From Acidobacteriota bacterium (GTDB lineage: Bacteria > Acidobacteriota > UBA6911 > RPQK01 > JAJDTT01), in the NCBI GenBank assembly GCA_965217775.1, contig CBDCJH010000002.1:5664001-5728000 (forward strand): DNA of 64,000 bases, given 5' to 3'. Position numbers and translations under genes: made by a program. The notes beneath the pieces were generated by a model, which had not been told where the DNA came from, did not search any database, and saw only the letters and a program-made list of their open reading frames with translations. The number at the start of each line of letters is the position of its first letter. Within the stretch, counting starts at the first letter, position 1. Shown in pieces: positions 18,965-27,766 of the stretch.

Positions 18965-21900
18965 TCAGAAGTTGATCTTCCAGTAGAGCTGGATGATCCG
19001 CGGATCCAAGGTGTTGCCGATTTTTCCGAAGCCCTGGGGACTGTCCACGCTGTTGCCCGCCTCGCGCCAGTTGACCCGGTTGAAGGCGTTGAACATCTCC
19101 GCCGCGAAGCGGAAACTCACACCTTCGCTGATCTGGAAATCCTTCATGAGCGAAATGTCTTCCTGCATGAATCCGCAGTTCTGCGCACTGGGATGGACGC
19201 GGAAGTTCCCCAACGTGAAATTGGCCGGCGGACTGAATGCGGCGGGATTGAAGATACGGTCCCGTCCCGATTGGTTGGGATCGAAGTCGCCGCAACTGAC
19301 GCCGGTCGTGGGCTTGACGCCGTGATTCCAGACCGCCCACGCGGGACCCATATAGGGAAGGAACTGTCCCGTGCCGACGGTCAGGGGATTGCCGGCGTGG
19401 TAGACGATGTGACCGGCAACTCTCCAGCCGCCGACCAGAAGGTTGGCCAATCGGCCGACGCCGCCGCCGAAGGTCTTGCCTCTTCCGAAGGGCAACTCCC
19501 ACGAAAAGCTCGCCTTGGTCGCCCAGGAGCGGTTGAACGGCACAATTGTCTTGGAGGAACTCCAGGTATCCCAATGCTGCAAGGATGACCCGGCGCGGGG
19601 CGCGAAGCTGCCCCTCTCCCGGACGTCCCCCGAAGTCAGCGATTTGGCAATGGTGTGCGACAGCATGAAGTTCAACCCGGTGGAGAACCGCTTCTGCAGA
19701 ATCAGGATGGCCGAGTGGTAGAGGTTGTAACCCGAGTGGGAGTTCAACTGGGCCACCCAGTTGTACTGGGGAAAGCGCCGCTGGGACTGCCCCACGGTTC
19801 CGGTGAATCCCGGATAAGGCCGGGTGTAACCGGCGTCTCTGGCGGCCTGGGAATCGATATCCTGCAGCAGGAGGTTTCCGAGAGCGAGATAGCTCAGGGG
19901 CAGTTGGTTGTAACGGGCGATCTGGGTGCCGACGACTCCGTGGCCCAACAGTCCGATGTATTCGGCAGTGAACACCATATCCCAGGGGAGCTCCCGCTCG
20001 ATGGCCAGACCCAACCTCTGGGCGGTCCCCTGCTGGGTCTCGTTGACGTCCACGAAACCGACCGAGGAGCCGTTGATCAGGGAAGGGTTCAGGAACGGAA
20101 GGTTGGTGGGCAGAATGTTGATGCCCTGATCCCAGTTGAGGGCCGGCGTCAGACCGAAGTCCGGGGTCGTCGCCGTCACCGACGCGCCGAAACCCTGGTT
20201 GGGCATGCCGGCGCCGTTGCCCATTTCCCCGTTCAGGGGGAAGTGCATCAGCCCGTAATAGCCTCGCGCCACGGTCTTGTCGTTCAATTGATAGGCCAGA
20301 CCCAGCCGCGGCCCCAAACTCCTGAAGCCGACGTTGAACGCCCGGACCCGGCCGTTGCGTCCCTCTCCCTCTCCGTAGAAGGTGAGCGCGCCCGGGAGGC
20401 CGCCCGCCTCCGGATTGGGAGTGTGGATGTCCATGAGGCCCCAGCGCCGGTAGGACTCATGGAAGGGTATGGGAATCTCCCACCGGAGGCCGTAGTTGAT
20501 GGTCAGCTTCGGCGTCGTCCGCCAGGAGTCCTGAACGTAGAAGGCCCAGGAGTAGCTGGTGACCTTCCTGCCGCTGGCGGTCTCTTGGAGGACTTCGTCC
20601 ACGTCGCCCATGAGGAAGGAGGCGAACCCGTCACCCGTCGAAGGAAAACCGGGCAGGCCGCTGGTGCGGTTGCGGAAGGTCCAGGTGCCCGCCGTGTGGT
20701 TTTCCGTGAGGAATTTCCCAGCCCAGATGCTGAGCTGGGCGCCGACCTTCACATTGTGGTTCCCGCTGGTCCAGGACAGGTCCATGAAGACGGGAACCGT
20801 CGCCTGGTAGTGAATGGCCGTGTCGGTGTTGTCACCGAAGCCGCCTCCTACTGCGCTCTGGATCCTCAGTCTGGGAATTGCGGGTGTCAACGCGCCCTTG
20901 ACGCAACCACCCGGACAATAGTTCGAATCGGGCGGCAATTTCCCCCATCCGAAGTTGATCCGGTTGATCCCGAGCCGGGTGCTGAAGAGGAGAGACGGGG
21001 ACACCGTCCAAAGGTGATTGAGTCGAAGCCGGTAGCCGCGGCTGTCGGCCCCACCGGACTGCAGCCGGTTGGGCGGCGTCAGAAAGCTCAGCTTCATATT
21101 GGGAGTGTCTTCGTAGCCGATCGTGACCTTGTGGTCCTCATGCTCGATGTCGGTCTTGAGATAGACCTTGTCGATGTCGAAGATGTCCGAACCCTCCCCC
21201 GAATAGTTGTTGGTCAGTCCGGCCCCGGGGATGTTCGGTCCTGGATACACGGTCATGAGGTGCTTGGCGACGCCGCCGATGCGGGCGTCGGGAATCGTGT
21301 TGTTGGGAAAGGGATCCCGCAGGAAGCCCCCCTGCCCATCCGGGCGGGTGGTGAGGGGGTCGTAGATCATGCCGGCCCGGATATCCCGGCCCATGACGTC
21401 GGTCCCGAGAGACGCACCGAGGATTTCGGTGAAGTTCCCACTTCGCATGAGCTCGGTCTGGACGGTTCCGATCCTTCCGGACGGTTGCGTGGACCACTCA
21501 TAACCGGTGTAGTTCATCATGAAGAAGGCCTTGTCCTTCACGATGGGGCCTCCCAGAATGAACCCCCACTCGTTCTGGATCTGTTCGCCTCTCTCCCGGG
21601 CGGTCCAGCGGCGCGCGTCCAGGATGTCGTTGCGGTGAAACAAGAAACCACTCCCGTGGAAATCGTTGGTTCCCGACTTGGTGATCATTTCGACGGACAC
21701 CCCGGAGTTGAAACCCTTCTCGGCATCCTGATTGGTCTCGATGCGAAACTCTTCGATCAGCTCGGGCGCCGGTCCGGTTTCGTCGCGCAGCCCCTGATGC
21801 CAGTTGATGCTGCTCTGGTGGCCGTCGGTGTTGTACCCGATGGGGTTCCGTTGAGGCCCGTTGTCGCCCACACCGTGGATGGTCCCCTTGTTCCCATCCC

Positions 21901-22438
21901 AGGTGGGTTTGAAGATCACGCCAGGCAGGGTATTGATCAGCACCATGGACTGCCGGACGAAGAAGCTCATGTGGACCGGAAGGACTTCGAGTACTTCCGA
22001 GTCCTGGGCGTGAGCCACGGTGGTGTCGGTGGTCTTGATCAGTGTCGCCGTACCCGCGACGGTGACCGTTTCCGTCACATCGCCGACCTCGAGCACGATG
22101 TTCACCGTCCGGGTCGTGTCCGAGGTGACTCGCTGTCCCGTGACCGTTTTGGTCTTGAACCCGGTCAGGCCGCCCGTGACCTCATATTCGCCGATCCCGA
22201 GGGCCTGGATCAGGTAGTAGCCGCTGTCGTTGCTCACCGACATTCTCTCGATGCCGGTGGCCGCGTTTCGAGCGGTCACCTCCGCACCGGGGATCACCCC
22301 GCCCGATGCGTCGGTGACGGTCCCCTGGATGTTGCCGGCGCCCTGCTGGGCGCGTTGCGCCTGAACCGGTCCACCGAGATGGAAGCCGAGGATCAGTACC
22401 AGTAGAAAGCAGAAAAGCAGGTGGGTTTTCGGTCTCAT
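18965..22438 (-). CDS. Oar-type TonB-dependent receptor with carboxypeptidase-regulatory-like N-domain, copy A
   Basis: GTVTDASGGVIPGAEVT; TKSGTNDFHGS; QNEWGFILGGPIVKDKAFF; FYVQDSW; FNAFNRVN; PRIIQLYWKINF end. Start taken at MRPK (GGGAGG RBS); alternative start at 22531. Confidence 0.93.
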   Translation of the reverse strand: MRPKTHLLFCFLLVLILGFHLGGPVQAQRAQQGAGNIQGTVTDASGGVIPGAEVTARNAATGIERMSVSNDSGYYLIQALGIGEYEVTGGLTGFKTKTVTGQRVTSDTTRTVNIVLEVGDVTETVTVAGTATLIKTTDTTVAHAQDSEVLEVLPVHMSFFVRQSMVLINTLPGVIFKPTWDGNKGTIHGVGDNGPQRNPIGYNTDGHQSSINWHQGLRDETGPAPELIEEFRIETNQDAEKGFNSGVSVEMITKSGTNDFHGSGFLFHRNDILDARRWTARERGEQIQNEWGFILGGPIVKDKAFFMMNYTGYEWSTQPSGRIGTVQTELMRSGNFTEILGASLGTDVMGRDIRAGMIYDPLTTRPDGQGGFLRDPFPNNTIPDARIGGVAKHLMTVYPGPNIPGAGLTNNYSGEGSDIFDIDKVYLKTDIEHEDHKVTIGYEDTPNMKLSFLTPPNRLQSGGADSRGYRLRLNHLWTVSPSLLFSTRLGINRINFGWGKLPPDSNYCPGGCVKGALTPAIPRLRIQSAVGGGFGDNTDTAIHYQATVPVFMDLSWTSGNHNVKVGAQLSIWAGKFLTENHTAGTWTFRNRTSGLPGFPSTGDGFASFLMGDVDEVLQETASGRKVTSYSWAFYVQDSWRTTPKLTINYGLRWEIPIPFHESYRRWGLMDIHTPNPEAGGLPGALTFYGEGEGRNGRVRAFNVGFRSLGPRLGLAYQLNDKTVARGYYGLMHFPLNGEMGNGAGMPNQGFGASVTATTPDFGLTPALNWDQGINILPTNLPFLNPSLINGSSVGFVDVNETQQGTAQRLGLAIERELPWDMVFTAEYIGLLGHGVVGTQIARYNQLPLSYLALGNLLLQDIDSQAARDAGYTRPYPGFTGTVGQSQRRFPQYNWVAQLNSHSGYNLYHSAILILQKRFSTGLNFMLSHTIAKSLTSGDVRERGSFAPRAGSSLQHWDTWSSSKTIVPFNRSWATKASFSWELPFGRGKTFGGGVGRLANLLVGGWRVAGHIVYHAGNPLTVGTGQFLPYMGPAWAVWNHGVKPTTGVSCGDFDPNQSGRDRIFNPAAFSPPANFTLGNFRVHPSAQNCGFMQEDISLMKDFQISEGVSFRFAAEMFNAFNRVNWREAGNSVDSPQGFGKIGNTLDPRIIQLYWKINF

Positions 22439-22596
22439 GAACCCTCCCACTAATGAATTGCGGAACCGAGGATTTTTCGTCCGCCCAAACAGCAGAAGGG
22501 CGTTCCTGGCTGAACTTAGGGAAGTCTGCATCGTCCTATCCTCCTTGGCGGGCATGCGGGCAGGTGTGGAAAAAAATCTCCCACTAGTTGCGGACG

Positions 22597-22626
22597 ACAC
22601 TACAGGAATTTGTCAGCAGAGGTCAA
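22597..22626 (-). promoter_or_regulatory. Candidate sigma70 promoter for receptor A (similar one upstream of receptor B)
   Basis: TTGACC-N18-TAGTGT; copy B has TTGCCC-N18-TAGATT; homology between A and B ends just beyond it. Confidence 0.4.
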
Positions 22627-22788
22627 GAACAGGACGTTCCCCATTGTTCTGGGAGTTCGCGAGAACAGGGGAAGCAGGGTTGAACGAGGATCGCGACGAA
22701 GCGGTCCCATTCCCGTGCTCCGGCCTAACCGAAGCGACGTAGGGTGCCCGCTGTCGCCTCTTACGGCCCGGGGAGGGCGACCACAAGG

Positions 22789-22848
22789 TGTTTGGTGTCA
22801 AGATATCCTTTACAGGTTAGTCTTGATCCACCCGCCAGACCAGACGCG
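22789..22848 (-). mobile_element. Isolated IS481 right end with the transposase's last codons
   Basis: TGTTTGGTGTCAAGATATCCTTTACA, then (minus strand) RLVWRVDQD*, compared with ALVWRVGQD* at 8248; preceded by REP half GGGCGACCACAAGG. Confidence 0.8.
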
Positions 22849-22897
22849 CATGAGCCTTTACGCCCTGGACCTGGTGCGGATGTACCTTCTGCGCGGC
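22835..22897 (+). pseudogene. cinA: Diverged copy of the cinA 3' end
   Basis: PDQTRMSLYALDLVRMYLLRG vs PDRTRTSLYALDLVRMSLLGG at about 35640-35702. Confidence 0.8.
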
Positions 22898-22904
22898 GAC
22901 TTTC

Positions 22905-23000
22905 GAGCGGCGGCTTCCTAGCCGCCGAACTCCGGAGGAGGGGTGGAGCAGGGAGAGAAGTTGCGAAGGAAAGTATGGGGGACAAGACTGTCCCTCATTC
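22905..23000 (+). repeat. REP-like element plus GGGGGACA hairpin (unit boundary 2)
   Basis: GAGCGGCGGCTTCCTAGCCGCCGAACTCCGGAGGA...ATGGGGGACAAGACTGTCCCTCAT, near-copy of 18333-18427. Confidence 0.75.
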
Positions 23001-23290
23001 TAGCTGCCTTGGACTTGGAAGTTGTCCTGGACCCGGGTCCTGACGTCTTTGACCTGGTCCCAGACCTCGACTTCGAGCCGGTATTTCCCGGGTTCCAGGC
23101 TGCGCAGGTTCAACCTCTTGAGCAGGACCATTCTCCGGTCGGAGAAGAACTGGATCGATTCTCCTCGGCTGTCCGTGGCTTCCCCGATGACTTCGCCGTC
23201 GCGTGAAATTCGGTACGCCACCTGCATCTGGGGAGTATTGGAAGACTGGTCCATGCCGAAGTTTTAGAGGTGCAGGTAGACACCCAGCGG
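23000..23290 (-). pseudogene. 3' fragment of the GWxTD gene
   Basis: Near-identical to 27767-28057; TAC>TAA stop; joined to the cassette at a shared AGCGG. Confidence 0.9.
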
Positions 23291-23323
23291 AAAGCAAAGG
23301 GTGTGTCTACCCGCGGGAAAGCG

Positions 23324-23740
23324 TCAGGGCTCTCCCCGATCGTACGTGTGAACCAGAACGATCGCGACGAAGACGATGAGGCCCGTGATTACGACCCAGC
23401 TCATAAAGGACAGACCGAGAAGGCCAGCCTGGAACTGCTCGTTCATCTGCTCGCTTTCCCGGGCCAGCCGGGCCAGCGTCTCGCCGTCCAGCGTGGGTAC
23501 GGCGACCGCGATCTGCTCCAAGTCGAAAAGATGTCCCAGACGATCCTGCACCGCCTGCTGACGAAGCAGGGTCTGAACTTCACGAATATTGTCGGCGCGT
23601 ACGGCCGTCCGTTCCGAGATCCGGCCCTTCAGCTCCTCGATCGATACCAGGTGAACTGCCTTCTGAGCCGGGATGGGACCGGCCTGCAGGCTCGTCGAGC
23701 AGACCAGGAGGACCGTAAGGAACAAAGAGATGGCTTTCAT
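23324..23740 (-). CDS. PA2779-like small secreted protein, copy B
   Basis: Near-identical to copy A with a few substitutions. Confidence 0.75.
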   Translation of the reverse strand: MKAISLFLTVLLVCSTSLQAGPIPAQKAVHLVSIEELKGRISERTAVRADNIREVQTLLRQQAVQDRLGHLFDLEQIAVAVPTLDGETLARLARESEQMNEQFQAGLLGLSFMSWVVITGLIVFVAIVLVHTYDRGEP

Positions 23741-23820
23741 TGTTTATGACCTTTGCATCTGAATGGTGACAACCCTGTTTCCATGGAACCGTCCACGGCG
23801 CAGCCCGCCGCCGGCGATCC

Positions 23821-26800
23821 TCAGAAGTTGATCTTCCAGTAGAGCTGGATGATCCGCGGATCCAAGGTGTTGCCGATTTTTCCGAAGCCCTGTGGACTGT
23901 CCACGCTGTTGCCCGCCTCGCGCCAGTTGACCCGGTTGAAGGCGTTGAACATCTCCGCCGCGAAGCGGAAACTCACGCCCTCGCTGATTTGGAAATCCTT
24001 CATGAGAGAAATGTCTTCCTGCATGAATCCGCAGTTCTGCGCACTGGGATGGACGCGGAAGTTCCCCAACGTGAAATTGGGCGCCGTGCTGAATGCCGCG
24101 GGATTGAAGATACGATCCCGTCCCGTTTGGTTGGGGTCGAAGTCGCCGCAACTGACGCCGGTCGTGACCTTGACGCCGTGATTCCAGACCGCCCATGCGG
24201 GACCCATATAGGGAAGGGACTGTCCCGTGCCGACGGTCAGGGGATTGCCGGCGTGGTAGACGATGTGACCGGCGACCCTCCAGCCGCCGACCAGCAGGTT
24301 GGCCAATCGGCCGACGCCGCCACCGAAGGTCTTGCCTCGTCCGAAGGGCAGTTCCCACGAAAAGCTCGCCTTGGTCGCCCAGGAGCGGTTGAACGGCACT
24401 ATCGTCTTGGAGGAACTCCAGGTATCCCAATGCTGCAAAGAGGATCCGGCGCGGGGCGCGAAGCTGCCCCTCTCCCGGACGTCCCCCGAGGTCAGCGATT
24501 TGGCAATGGTATGGGACAACATGAAGTTCAACCCGGTGGAGAACCGCTTCTGCAGTATGAAGATGCCCGAGTGGTAGAGGTTGTAACCCGAGTGGGAGTT
24601 CAACTGGGCCACCCAGTTGTACTGGGGAAAGCGCCGCTGGGACTGCCCGACGGTTCCGGTGAATCCCGGATAGGGCCGGGTGTAGCCGGCGTCTCTGGCG
24701 GCCTGGGAATCGATATCCTGCAGCAGGAGGTTTCCGAGAGAGAGATTGCTCAGGGGCAATTGGTTGTAACGGGCGATCTGGGTGCCGATGACCCCATGGC
24801 CCAACAGGCCGATGTATTCGGCAGTGAACACCATATCCCAGGGGAGCTCCCGCTCGATGGCCAGACCCATCCTCTGGGCGGTCCCCTGCTGGGTCTCGTT
24901 GACGTCCACGAAACCGACCGAGGAGCCGTTGATCAGGGACGGGTTCAGGAACGGAAGGTTGGTGGGCAGAATGTTGATGCCCTGATCCCAATTGAGGGCC
25001 GGCGTCAGACCGAAGTCCGGGGTCGTTTTGGTCACCGAGGCGCCGAAACCCTGATTGGGCATGCCGAAACCGTTGGCCATTTCCCCCGCCACGGGGAAGT
25101 ACATCAGCCCGTAATAGGCCCGCGCTACGGTCTTTTCGTTCAATTGATACGCAAAACCCAGCCGCGGCCCGAAACTCCTGAAGCCGACGTTGAAGGCCCT
25201 GACCCGGCCGTTGCGTCCCTCACCGTCTCCGTAGAAGGTGAGACCGCCCGGGAGGCCGCCCGCCTCCGGATTGGGAGTGTGGATGTCCATGAGGCCCCAA
25301 CGCCGGTAGGACTCATGGAAGGGAATGGGGATCTCCCACCGGAGGCCGTAGTTGACGGTCAGCCGCGGCGTCGTCCGCCAGGAGTCCTGAGCGTAGAAGG
25401 CCCAACTGTAGCTGGTGACCTTCCGGCCGCTGGCGGTCTCCTGGAGGACTTCGTCCACGTCGCCCATGAGGAAGGAGGCGAACCCGTCACCCGTCGAAGG
25501 AAAACCGGGCAGACCGCTGGTGCGGTTGCGGAAGGTGTAGGTGCCCGCCGTGTGGTTTTCCACGTTGGCTCTCCCGGCCCAGATGCTGAGCTGGGCGCCG
25601 ACCTTCACATTGTGGTTCCCGCTGGTCCAGGACAGGTCCATGAAGACGGGAACCGTCGACTGGAAGTGCTCGGCCGTGTCGGTGTTGTCACCGAAGCCGC
25701 CTCCGACCGCGCTCTGGATCCTCAGTCTGGGGATCGCGCTCGTCAACGCGCCCTGGACGCAACCACCCGGACAATGGTCCGACGCGGGCGGCAATTTCCC
25801 CTCGCCGTAGGTGATCCGGTTGATCCCGAGCCGGGTGCTGAAGAGGAGCGACGGGTTCACCGTCCAAAGGTGATTGAGCCGAACCCGGTAGCTGCGGCTC
25901 TCAACCGCGACACTGTTCAGCCGGTTGGCCGGCGACAGGAAGCTCAGCTTCATATTGGGGGTGTCTTCATAGCCGATCGTGACCTTGTGGTCCTCATGCT
26001 CGATGTCGGTCTTGAGATAGACCTTGTCGATGTCGAAGATGTCCGAACCCACCCCCTCATAGTTGTTGGTCAGTCCGCCTTTGTTCGGTCCCGGATACGC
26101 GGTCATGAGGTGCTTGGCGACGCCGCCGATGCGGCTGGCGGGAATCGTGTTGTTGGGAAAGGGATCCCGCAGGAAGCCCCCCTGCCCGTCCGGCCGGGTG
26201 GTGAGGGGATCGTAGATCATGCCGGCCCGGACCTCCCGGCCCATGACGTCGGTCCCGAGAGACGCGCCGAGGATCTCGTTGAAATTCCCTTGTCGCATGG
26301 CCTCGGTCTGGACGGTTCCGATCCTTCCGGACGGTTGCGTGGACCACTCATAACCAGTGTAGTTCATCATGAAGAAGGCCTTGTCCTTGACGATGGGGCC
26401 TCCCAGAATGAACCCCCACTCGTTCTGGATCTGTTCGCCCTTCCCAGAGGCGGTCCACCGGCGCGCGTCCAGGATGTCGTTGCGGTGAAACAGGAAACCA
26501 CTCCCGTGGAATTCGTTGGTTCCCGACTTGGTGATCATTTCAACTGACACTCCGGAGTTGAATCCCTTCTCGGCGTCCTGATTGGTCTCGATGCGAAACT
26601 CTTGGATCAACTCGGGGGCCGGTCCCGTTTCGTCGCGCAACCCCTGATGCCAGTTGATGCTGCTCTGATGGCCGTCGGTGTTGTACCCGAGGGGGTTCCG
26701 GTGAGGTCCGTTGTCGCCCACACCGTGGATGGTCCCCTTGTTCCCACCCCAGCCGGGCTTGAAGATCACGCCGGGAAGGGTATTGATCAGCACCATGGAC

Positions 26801-27288
26801 TGCCGGACGAAGAAGCTCATGTGGACCGGAAGGACCTCGAGTACTTCCGAGTCCTGGGCGTGAGCCACGGTGGTGTCGGTCATCTTGACCAGTGTCGCCG
26901 TACCCGCGACGGTGACCGTTTCCGTCACGTCGCCGACCTCAAGCACGATGTTCACCGTCCAGGTCGTGTCCGAGGTGACTCGCTGTCCGGTCACGACCTT
27001 GGTCTTGAACCCGGTCAGGCCGCCCGTGACCTCGTATTCGCCGATCCCGAGGGCCTGGATCAGGTAGTAGCCGCTGTCGTTGCTCACCGAAATTCTCTCG
27101 ATGCCGGTGGCCGCGTTTCGAGCGGTCACCTCCGCACCGGGGATCACCCCGCCCGATGCGTCGGTGACGGTCCCCTGGATGTTGCCGGCGCCCTGCTGGG
27201 CGCGTTGCGCCTGAACCGGTCCACCGAGATGGAAGCCGAGGATCAGTACCAGTAGAAAGCAGAAAAGCAGGTGGGTTTTCGGTCTCAT
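23821..27288 (-). CDS. Oar-type TonB-dependent receptor, copy B
   Basis: Intact paralog of copy A; start taken at MRPK. Confidence 0.93.
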   Translation of the reverse strand: MRPKTHLLFCFLLVLILGFHLGGPVQAQRAQQGAGNIQGTVTDASGGVIPGAEVTARNAATGIERISVSNDSGYYLIQALGIGEYEVTGGLTGFKTKVVTGQRVTSDTTWTVNIVLEVGDVTETVTVAGTATLVKMTDTTVAHAQDSEVLEVLPVHMSFFVRQSMVLINTLPGVIFKPGWGGNKGTIHGVGDNGPHRNPLGYNTDGHQSSINWHQGLRDETGPAPELIQEFRIETNQDAEKGFNSGVSVEMITKSGTNEFHGSGFLFHRNDILDARRWTASGKGEQIQNEWGFILGGPIVKDKAFFMMNYTGYEWSTQPSGRIGTVQTEAMRQGNFNEILGASLGTDVMGREVRAGMIYDPLTTRPDGQGGFLRDPFPNNTIPASRIGGVAKHLMTAYPGPNKGGLTNNYEGVGSDIFDIDKVYLKTDIEHEDHKVTIGYEDTPNMKLSFLSPANRLNSVAVESRSYRVRLNHLWTVNPSLLFSTRLGINRITYGEGKLPPASDHCPGGCVQGALTSAIPRLRIQSAVGGGFGDNTDTAEHFQSTVPVFMDLSWTSGNHNVKVGAQLSIWAGRANVENHTAGTYTFRNRTSGLPGFPSTGDGFASFLMGDVDEVLQETASGRKVTSYSWAFYAQDSWRTTPRLTVNYGLRWEIPIPFHESYRRWGLMDIHTPNPEAGGLPGGLTFYGDGEGRNGRVRAFNVGFRSFGPRLGFAYQLNEKTVARAYYGLMYFPVAGEMANGFGMPNQGFGASVTKTTPDFGLTPALNWDQGINILPTNLPFLNPSLINGSSVGFVDVNETQQGTAQRMGLAIERELPWDMVFTAEYIGLLGHGVIGTQIARYNQLPLSNLSLGNLLLQDIDSQAARDAGYTRPYPGFTGTVGQSQRRFPQYNWVAQLNSHSGYNLYHSGIFILQKRFSTGLNFMLSHTIAKSLTSGDVRERGSFAPRAGSSLQHWDTWSSSKTIVPFNRSWATKASFSWELPFGRGKTFGGGVGRLANLLVGGWRVAGHIVYHAGNPLTVGTGQSLPYMGPAWAVWNHGVKVTTGVSCGDFDPNQTGRDRIFNPAAFSTAPNFTLGNFRVHPSAQNCGFMQEDISLMKDFQISEGVSFRFAAEMFNAFNRVNWREAGNSVDSPQGFGKIGNTLDPRIIQLYWKINF

Positions 27289-27521
27289 GAACCCTCCCAC
27301 TAATGAATTGCGGAACCGAGGATTTTTCGTCCGCCCAAACAGCAGAAGGGCGTTCCTGGCTGAACTTAGGGAAGTCTGCATCGTCCTATCCTCCTTGGCG
27401 GGCATGCGGGCAGGTGTGGAAAAAATCTTCCACTAGTTACGGACAAATCTACAGGAATTTGTCAGCAGAGGGCAAGAACAATTTCCCCGGTGTCGTTAGT
27501 ATGTGAAGTATCCGCACCTAT

Positions 27522-27664
27522 TAGCACGCACTTCTCACCAGGGGGTGCGATGATTGCGCCCAGCGCAGTCTGTGCCGGAGAAACGTTGACAAAAATCGAG
27601 TAAATGGCTGACGATAAGTTTTTTTTCATAATAATCTCAGCGACCTGGTGAGAAATGCGGGCTA
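27522..27664. mobile_element. MITE-like 143-bp element
   Basis: 21-bp inverted termini TAGCACGCACTTCTCACCAGG / CCTGGTGAGAAATGCGGGCTA (19/21 match); AT-rich interior; no ORF. Confidence 0.65.
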
Positions 27665-27678
27665 TGGGGCAGCAGCGC

Positions 27679-27755
27679 GGAGCGGCGGTTTCCTAACCGC
27701 CGGACTCCCATACACGTTGCGAAAAAAAGAATGGGGGACATCCCTGTCCCCCCTC
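27679..27755 (+). repeat. REP-like element plus GGGGGACA hairpin (unit boundary 3)
   Basis: GGAGCGGCGGTTTCCTAACCGCCG...GAATGGGGGACATCCCTGTCCCCC. Confidence 0.7.
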
Positions 27756-27766
27756 CTACTGCCCTC

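Noticed and set aside
19655-22405. Long antisense ORFs (also 689-2500, 2741-4720, 23989-26547, 37494-40361, 49202-51511 and others)
   Set aside because: Shadow frames of GC-rich genes with no recognisable motifs; the frame is interrupted differently in the paralogous receptor copies
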